A stretch of DNA of 64,000 nt, taken from NCBI GenBank assembly GCA_965215265.1, contig OZ244048.1, positions 3,232,001 through 3,296,000 of the forward strand, read 5' to 3'. This document shows, in pieces, positions 57,732 through 64,000 of this stretch. Under the pieces are notes generated by a model. It was not told the origin of the DNA. It was given only the letters and a program-made list of their open reading frames with translations, and made no database searches. Within the stretch, counting starts at the first letter, position 1, and every line of letters starts with the position of its first letter. Source of the stretch: Candidatus Poribacteria bacterium. GTDB taxonomy: Bacteria; Poribacteria; WGA-4E; WGA-3G. Position numbers and translations under genes: made by a program.

Positions 57732-59177
57732 ATGTTATCGTTACCTCAAATGCCTGGACGCTTGTGTGACGGGTTTTCTCGTCGTGAATTTATCCGCGTC
57801 GGCGGTGCAGCAATGCTGGGCATCAGTCTACCACAAGTTTTGGCGCTCCAAGCCGAAGCGAATACGACAGTCGATCCCGCGAAACCTCTAAACGGATGGG
57901 GAAAAGCAAATGCTGTTATTCTCCTCTTTTTGCAAGGCGGCCCGAGCCATCTGGATATCTGGGACCCGAAGCCGGAAGCGCCATCTAATATCCGGGGGGA
58001 ATTCAACCCGATTCCGACGAACGTCCCGGGGATACAGTTGTCTGAAACCATGCCCCGTTTGGCACAGCAGATGGATAAAGCGTGCCTCATCCGATCGGTA
58101 AGTTATACCCCGGCAGGTCTTTTCAACCATACGGCGGCGATGTATCAGATGGTGACGGGCGAAACGCCGGATAAGGTTGCTCCATCTGGGCAGCTTGACC
58201 CGCCGTCCCCTGCAGATCATCCCAACGCCGCGGCACACATCGCAAACTTCCGTCCGCCCGATGAACCGATGCTGGCGGCTGTCCAACTCCCACGCCCGAT
58301 GCAGGAAAGTAACATCATCGGTAAGGGCGGGAATGCTGGCTTCCTCGGTAGGGCCTATGATCCGTATTTCCTATTCCAGGATCCAAATCAAGAGATTAAT
58401 CTTGACGATTTGACGTTGAGGCCGGAAGTGCCGCCTGTGCGTCTGAAACGACGGAAAAACCTACTAGAAACGATTAACGCCGGTATGCCGGAAATTGATA
58501 AGGTTGCTGACTCTTACGCGCTCAATGAATATTATGAGAAGGCGTATAACCTCATCTTGTCCCAACGTGCGCGTAATGCATTTGATTTGTCTCAAGAATC
58601 CGATGAAATGCGTGACCGTTACGGCCGGCATACCTTCGGGCAAAGTGCGCTGCTTGCACGCCGTCTAGTTGAAGCTGGTACGCGTTTTGTGCAGGTGAAC
58701 TGGCCCTCTGTTGCTAACGGTGATCCGAACACGACAGCCTGGGATACGCACGCCACCAATTTCGGACCGCTCAAAAACTTGCACTGTCCGAAATTAGATA
58801 GTGCGGTTTCTTCACTCTTGGAAGACTTGGATGGGCGTGGCATGTTAGATGATACCCTGGTGTTGGCTATCGGTGAATTTGGCCGTTCTCCACGGATGGG
58901 CATTAGTACCTCCGGAAATAGCAATGCCCCCGATGGGCGTGATCACTGGCCGTATTGCTATACTGGCTTAATTGCGGGTGCCGGTGTACAGGGTGGGCAG
59001 GTTTACGGCAAGTCGGATGCCACTGGCTCAACACCACTTGAGAACCCGGTGCATCCACGCGATATTCTTGCGACAGTCTACCATACGCTCGGAATCGATC
59101 CGCATACTATCGTGTTAAATCACTTAGAACAACCTCGCGAATTGGTGAAAGGCGAACCGATTGCTGGGATTTTCTAA
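57732..59177 (+). CDS. DUF1501 family protein (Tat-exported, alkaline-phosphatase/sulfatase-like fold)
   Basis: Tat motif 'SRREFI', 'LFLQGGPSHLDIWDPKP', 'ARRLVEAGTRFV', 'WDTH', 'GEFGRSP', 'GRDHW'. Confidence 0.93.
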   Translation: MLSLPQMPGRLCDGFSRREFIRVGGAAMLGISLPQVLALQAEANTTVDPAKPLNGWGKANAVILLFLQGGPSHLDIWDPKPEAPSNIRGEFNPIPTNVPGIQLSETMPRLAQQMDKACLIRSVSYTPAGLFNHTAAMYQMVTGETPDKVAPSGQLDPPSPADHPNAAAHIANFRPPDEPMLAAVQLPRPMQESNIIGKGGNAGFLGRAYDPYFLFQDPNQEINLDDLTLRPEVPPVRLKRRKNLLETINAGMPEIDKVADSYALNEYYEKAYNLILSQRARNAFDLSQESDEMRDRYGRHTFGQSALLARRLVEAGTRFVQVNWPSVANGDPNTTAWDTHATNFGPLKNLHCPKLDSAVSSLLEDLDGRGMLDDTLVLAIGEFGRSPRMGISTSGNSNAPDGRDHWPYCYTGLIAGAGVQGGQVYGKSDATGSTPLENPVHPRDILATVYHTLGIDPHTIVLNHLEQPRELVKGEPIAGIF

Positions 59178-59195
59178 CCCGAATCACTTCCTCTA

Positions 59196-59224
59196 TAGGG
59201 GCGGATTCGCATATCCGTCCCTAT
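59196..59224 (+). terminator. Hairpin downstream of the DUF1501 gene (terminator or REP-like)
   Basis: agggg-cggat-tcgcat-atccg-tccct inverted repeat. Confidence 0.45.
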
Positions 59225-59826
59225 CCAATCTTCGCCAGGATAAACAGAAATTAAAGTAGATATGGACATCTCCTTTAATAGCCAATTTAGGCTAAAAAGC
59301 AATGCCAAAAGCGATGCAGAACTCTCCGTAAAAGGTTTCATTACCCCAATTGAATACATGAAACCTAACTTTCACGTGGAATGGGGTGCATTGGCGAATT
59401 TGCGTGTTGCTGAGCCTGAAAAAAATATCCTGCATCAATTTTCTGAGATTTTCTCCCGCCTAAGGCCGTTCTCGTTGGTGAATGCTGGCCGATTCAAAAA
59501 CACGGCGTGCTTGCATTGTTATACTCCGTTTCTACAAATCCCAACAAATTCATTGGATACCGTTTGAAGAATCTTTGGAAATAGTGCCTGCACAATAGAA
59601 GTTTGATGTACTTCTGACTGATGAATCGTGCTGAGGAAGTGGCAAAAACTTGAGGGCAGTTGTCCTCTCTGATAGACAGAATATTGAATTTTTGAATGAC
59701 AATTTCATCGACGGATGGGTGCGTAATACTGCACTAAGGCGACAGCGTGATACCAAAGGACTTGACCGAATGCGAGTCTTGGCAAGTATAGTCATTAATT
59801 AATCTCAAAACATGAGGTAATCAGAA

Positions 59827-62424
59827 ATGCATGACAGGTTATTTCATAGGAAAAAGCGTGACAATTTTTTATATAGTGTTCAAACAGAGGTATCTCAGTG
59901 CGAAAAAAGGATTATCAAGTTCGTGAGAGATAGTGCGGCATGCTTGCTACAATACTTCTACTTCTTAGCAACGCGGTTATCTATCGTCTTTTTCATCTTT
60001 TTCATGGATATCGGGATGGTGCAAGCACAACGGCCGCCTGAACTGACTGACATTTTTCCACAAGGTGGACAGCAAGGGAACGTTGTTGAAGTGGCACTAA
60101 GCGGTAAAAATTTTGGAGCGGGCGCAACGTTATGGTTCAGTGGGGATGGCATTGCTGGCGAAATCAAAGAAAAAATGGGCGAAGCTGCGGTGCTGTTTAA
60201 CGGTGCAGGCATCTCAGGGCATATCCCAAAAGATGAAAGTTTGGTTGCATCTTTGACAATCGCGCCCACCACACCCTTAGGTATACAGCAGATACGTATT
60301 GTTACCCCACACGGTGTCTCTAATGCACGAAGTTTTGTGGTTGGGGCTCTTCCAGAAATAATAGAGGATGACACGGCTGCTACGCGCGATTCAGATAACT
60401 GGCTGGAGTTACCTGTCACGGTAAACGGCAGCATCGCTTCAATTGATGATGTGGATGCCTACAACTTTAGCCTAAAAAAAGACGCGAGACTGATCTGTGA
60501 TGTGACGGCACAGCGCATAGGTTCTTTACTCGATTCTTACCTTGTATTGCGAAATGCTGATGGCACTGAAGTTGCAACCAGCGGACTCGGAAATGGGTTT
60601 GATTCATTATTGGATTACACCGCAACCGTCGCTGGAAAATATACACTTCAGATTCGAGATATCCGATATAAAGGGGGCGGAGGTTACGGCTATCGGTTAA
60701 GCGTTGGAGAATTGCCCTATCTTGAAACTATATTCCCGCTTGGTGGACAGCGCGGTTCAGAAAACACAATTGCCCTCAGTGGTGCCAACCTTGGAACGTT
60801 TGAGTCTATAGAGATATCGATCGGAGGAAAAACGGAGGTAGGCAACCAGTCGTTGAGAGTAAAAACCTCGTCTGGATTAGTTACGAATCCACACGCTTTT
60901 GCCATAGGACACTTAGCGGAAATGACCGAGGCTGAGCCCAACAACATTTTCGAAAAAGCAACTCCTATCACGCTACCTCTAACCGTCAACGGGAAAATTG
61001 ATAAACCGGGGGATGTTGACCAGTTCTCATTTGAGATAAAAACGGCGCAACGTCTCGTATTTGTCGTGAATGCGCTTTCCTTGGGTTCACAACTGGATGC
61101 ACTGCTCACGCTTTACGATGCAGAGAATACGGCTGCAGAGTCCGACGAAGGTATGGACGGCGAGAATCTGAAAAAGACTAATGTTTTGATGTTCAATGAC
61201 GATGCAAGCGGTGCGGATGCCCGCATTGAATGGATGTTTGAAAAGGCTGGGAAGTATTCGATCTCTGTCCGAGATTTGAATAACCATGGTGGCACGGATT
61301 ATCCGTACCGGCTTAGCATCCGGCCGTTACAACCAGATTGTGAACTCGCGGTAGTTGCGCTTGATAACCGTAACCGCCCTATAACCTTGGATACGCCTCG
61401 TGTTTATCGTGGGGGTAGTGTCGCAATGGAGGTTGACGTAACACGACTTGATAGTTTTGATGGCCCAATTCACTTAACTTGTCCGGCGTTGCCAAAAACG
61501 TTTGAGGTGAGCCACACCGTTGTTGAAGCAGGACAAAATCGGGCGCTTCTGACGGTAACTGCGCCGTCGGATGCGCCGCTTGGGCTAATACCGGTTTCTG
61601 TCGTCGGCGTTTATGCTGTTGGCAATAAACAGATGGAACGTGCTGCTACGCCGAATCCTATTCTACTCACCGTAATGGACAAACCGCAATTTTCGCTAAC
61701 ACTTGCTGAAATTAGTTTAAGCATTGTTCACAACAAGACTGCTAATCTTCACGTAACTGCAGAGCGAAGCGACGGTTTTGTCGGCCCGATTGTCTTGTCA
61801 GTCTTAGGACTTCCCAATCGTGTTTCCGCCATACCTATTACGATAACTGAAGGGAAAACCGAATCAACACTTTCGATTAAAGCCGGAAGTTTTGAGCGAA
61901 GGGAGCAATTCTCTGTTGTACCACCACCCGGCACAAATTATATTTCGGTCATCGGGAGCGCGACTATCAATGGCGACACCGTCAAACAGAGCACGCCTGC
62001 CATCCCATTGACAATTGTCGAGGCACCTTTCATTGTAACCGTGGAACCGTTACGCTTTAGTATGGTCTTCCCTGCAACTGCGGCACCGGAAGCGGAAACC
62101 GTACCAATTGCCGGTACAACCCAAGCCGAGGGCGGAACGGGGGAGCAAAGTGCTACCACAAAGGAGGCGATATTAACGTTGAGTGTGGTACGGCAAGGCG
62201 GCTTCACAGATGAAGTAACGCTTACACCGTTAGGTTTGCCCAAAGGCATCACGACTTCTAAAGCGACAATTCCTGCTAACGAAACCGAGGTTAAGATTCC
62301 GCTACACGCAGTTAGTTCCTTAACGCCGGATACATACCAGTTTAAGTTCCATGGCTCGGCGATGATTAACGGGACGCTTTTTGAACAAGAGAGTCCGGTT
62401 ATCAGTGTTAAGATTATTCACTAA
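59827..62424 (+). CDS. Secreted PPC (pre-peptidase C-terminal) domain protein, planctomycete type; true start probably downstream
   Basis: 'IFPQGGQQG', 'LPVTVNG.I....DVD.Y.F', 'EAEPNN', 'NDDA', repeated PPC units. Confidence 0.85.
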   Translation: MHDRLFHRKKRDNFLYSVQTEVSQCEKRIIKFVRDSAACLLQYFYFLATRLSIVFFIFFMDIGMVQAQRPPELTDIFPQGGQQGNVVEVALSGKNFGAGATLWFSGDGIAGEIKEKMGEAAVLFNGAGISGHIPKDESLVASLTIAPTTPLGIQQIRIVTPHGVSNARSFVVGALPEIIEDDTAATRDSDNWLELPVTVNGSIASIDDVDAYNFSLKKDARLICDVTAQRIGSLLDSYLVLRNADGTEVATSGLGNGFDSLLDYTATVAGKYTLQIRDIRYKGGGGYGYRLSVGELPYLETIFPLGGQRGSENTIALSGANLGTFESIEISIGGKTEVGNQSLRVKTSSGLVTNPHAFAIGHLAEMTEAEPNNIFEKATPITLPLTVNGKIDKPGDVDQFSFEIKTAQRLVFVVNALSLGSQLDALLTLYDAENTAAESDEGMDGENLKKTNVLMFNDDASGADARIEWMFEKAGKYSISVRDLNNHGGTDYPYRLSIRPLQPDCELAVVALDNRNRPITLDTPRVYRGGSVAMEVDVTRLDSFDGPIHLTCPALPKTFEVSHTVVEAGQNRALLTVTAPSDAPLGLIPVSVVGVYAVGNKQMERAATPNPILLTVMDKPQFSLTLAEISLSIVHNKTANLHVTAERSDGFVGPIVLSVLGLPNRVSAIPITITEGKTESTLSIKAGSFERREQFSVVPPPGTNYISVIGSATINGDTVKQSTPAIPLTIVEAPFIVTVEPLRFSMVFPATAAPEAETVPIAGTTQAEGGTGEQSATTKEAILTLSVVRQGGFTDEVTLTPLGLPKGITTSKATIPANETEVKIPLHAVSSLTPDTYQFKFHGSAMINGTLFEQESPVISVKIIH

Positions 62425-62938
62425 AGGCTCTTGCGTTTTCTTCAACTTGAAAGGGCAAGAGCAGGTGTAAAAGCGTAGTTTTTTTAGACCTGATTTTAGG
62501 ATGTACTTTATAGTAAAGTTTTAGAATTAACCGGACACCGTCGCTCGGCACGCTTTGATAACGATTACGAGTGTCATCCGGGAATGTCCGTGCCGGTGGC
62601 GGTTCCGAAATGGATGCGGGGCAGCGTGTCCTAAAAGTCTTGAACGCCTCTAATTTGACTAATGTTTTGCTACAGAGAACTTTTACAAGAAAACGCCCAT
62701 GCAAATGAATACCCAACGTAACGTCAATATCTCAACGCCTCAGAATTTGAATGTCTCTTCATTGATGCACTCGGTTAGGACACTCATACACAAATGCTCA
62801 ACATAACGGTAAGAGAGTTAACCTTTTCTCGTTGAGATTTCTTTTGCATAAGTTGAATATCTCACATAAATCAAAGAAAATGTCCATATATTTTTAGCGT
62901 TTACTATAATGTTTCTATGAATAAGCATAAAAAAAATT

Positions 62939-62967
62939 TTGACAAATCTTAAAAAATATGATATAAT
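62939..62967 (+). promoter_or_regulatory. Consensus sigma70 promoter for the Rieske/cytochrome b operon
   Basis: TTGACA-17 nt-TATAAT with TGn extension. Confidence 0.7.
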
Positions 62968-63132
62968 AATTAACGCCAAACGCTCGAGATTACTTAAAGA
63001 TGCGTCATTTAATCGACTCAGCATGGGATTTTGGATCTCATCTTAATAGTAATGTCAATACGAGTGCTCTGACGTAGCTGTCAGACAAGGCGATTCTATC
63101 AAAAAGCGACAGAAGTTGAATCATTCAAGAGA

Positions 63133-63639
63133 TTGGGGGCAGAGACAGAAGTGGTATCTCGACGTAAATTTTTCAAATTTTTGGGTTGGGGGAATTTCAC
63201 AGCGGCACTGGGTCTGAGTTTTGGGCCGGGTTTGGTTCGCTACCTATATCCACGTGTGTTGTTTGAACCGTCTTCTATTTTTAAAGCGGGCTTCCCAGCC
63301 GAGTACCCGCCGGGAAGCGTGAGTGAAAAATTTAAAAAAGAACCTTTTGGTGTTTGGATTGTCCGCCGGGAAGATGGCGAGTTCTATGCGTTGTTAACGA
63401 TTTGTACGCATTTGGGCTGTACGCCCCGTTGGCTCGGTTCGGAAAATAAATTCAAGTGTCCATGCCACGGGAGTGGTTTTGACCGAGATGGGTTAAACTA
63501 TGAAGGTCCAGCGCCTCGTCCTCTTGAGCGCGTTAAAATTACCTTGGCAGAAGATGGCCAGATTGAAATCGACAAATCAGTTAAGTTTTTAGGTGAAAAG
63601 GGCCAGTGGGGCGATCCAGGTTCCTTTTTGAAAGTTTAG
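63133..63639 (+). CDS. qcrA: Rieske 2Fe-2S subunit of a cytochrome bc complex
   Basis: Tat motif 'SRRKFF', 'CTHLGC', 'CPCHGS', 'GPAPRPL'. Confidence 0.92.
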   Translation: MGAETEVVSRRKFFKFLGWGNFTAALGLSFGPGLVRYLYPRVLFEPSSIFKAGFPAEYPPGSVSEKFKKEPFGVWIVRREDGEFYALLTICTHLGCTPRWLGSENKFKCPCHGSGFDRDGLNYEGPAPRPLERVKITLAEDGQIEIDKSVKFLGEKGQWGDPGSFLKV

Positions 63640-63789
63640 CATCAGCGGACTTTGGTATCTACTGAAGATAACGGTAGTTGATGTTTCGTTTATCAACTTT
63701 TAAATTGCTCTATTTTCAGTGCATACAAAGATATCCGTGCGTGCGGAAAGGAGACTATCTGTGTCTGGCTCGGATCAGACAGAAAAAGT

Positions 63790-64000
63790 ATGAACGAAGA
63801 ACGTAAAGGGCTAAAAGAAAAAATTACCAATTCCGATATTTGGCGCTCTATATTTCGACATGGGTATGAAAACACCGGGCGTCGCTATACCTTGCAGATT
63901 CTCCAAAACGTCTGGCTGCATTTGCATCCGCCGCGGGTTTCCCGTCATGCGCTGAACTTCCGCTTCACGTGGTGTATGGGTGGGATAACCTTCCTCATGT
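63790..64000 (+). CDS. qcrB: Cytochrome b (N-terminal part, truncated by the window edge)
   Basis: Open frame MNEERKG...'WLHLHP..V...ALNFRFTWCMGGITF' directly after the Rieske gene; absent from the ORF track because it has no stop in the window. Confidence 0.85.
   Translation, partial: MNEERKGLKEKITNSDIWRSIFRHGYENTGRRYTLQILQNVWLHLHPPRVSRHALNFRFTWCMGGITFLM

Noticed and set aside
59262-59795. ORFs of 101 aa (+) and 81 aa (-) between DUF1501 and the PPC gene
   Set aside because: No recognisable motif or clear RBS; may be a gene remnant but cannot be supported.
62414-63024. Minus-strand ORFs upstream of the Rieske gene
   Set aside because: No domain features, and they overlap AT-rich promoter sequence.

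Overview
Gene-dense bacterial chromosomal window, probably from Candidatus Poribacteria or a similar PVC-like marine/sponge lineage. That assignment is inferred from the WD40, FGE, PhyH, sulfatase and Rpn gene families, the planctomycete-type DUF1549/1553/1501 genes and characteristic C-terminal tails; no database search was possible. In order, the window holds: a 3-gene restriction-like defence island (SNF2 helicase-nuclease, DUF1156 methylase, DUF499 ATPase); a MoxR/DUF58/DUF4350/DUF4129/SpoIIM/RDD cluster with a tandem gene duplication; a corrinoid protein-RACo activator-homocysteine methyltransferase operon; recG; a WD40 protein; an FGE pseudogene; an Rpn-family nuclease with an internal antitoxin-type start, flanked by a repeated hairpin; housekeeping genes (nadK, recN, fused IOR, aroE, zapA) interspersed with a palindromic repeat family; a planctomycete-type cytochrome c/WD40, DUF1549-1553, DUF1501 and PPC module; and the start of a Rieske/cytochrome b operon. 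Top finding: the cytochrome c-WD40 gene does not really end at the TGA at 48336. The frame continues into a complete heavy-metal-associated (HMA) domain with GMT-[TGA]-GAC, i.e. UxxC in place of CxxC, followed by a SECIS-like hairpin. This predicts a secreted heme c/beta-propeller/selenocysteine-HMA selenoprotein linked to a module of unknown function.
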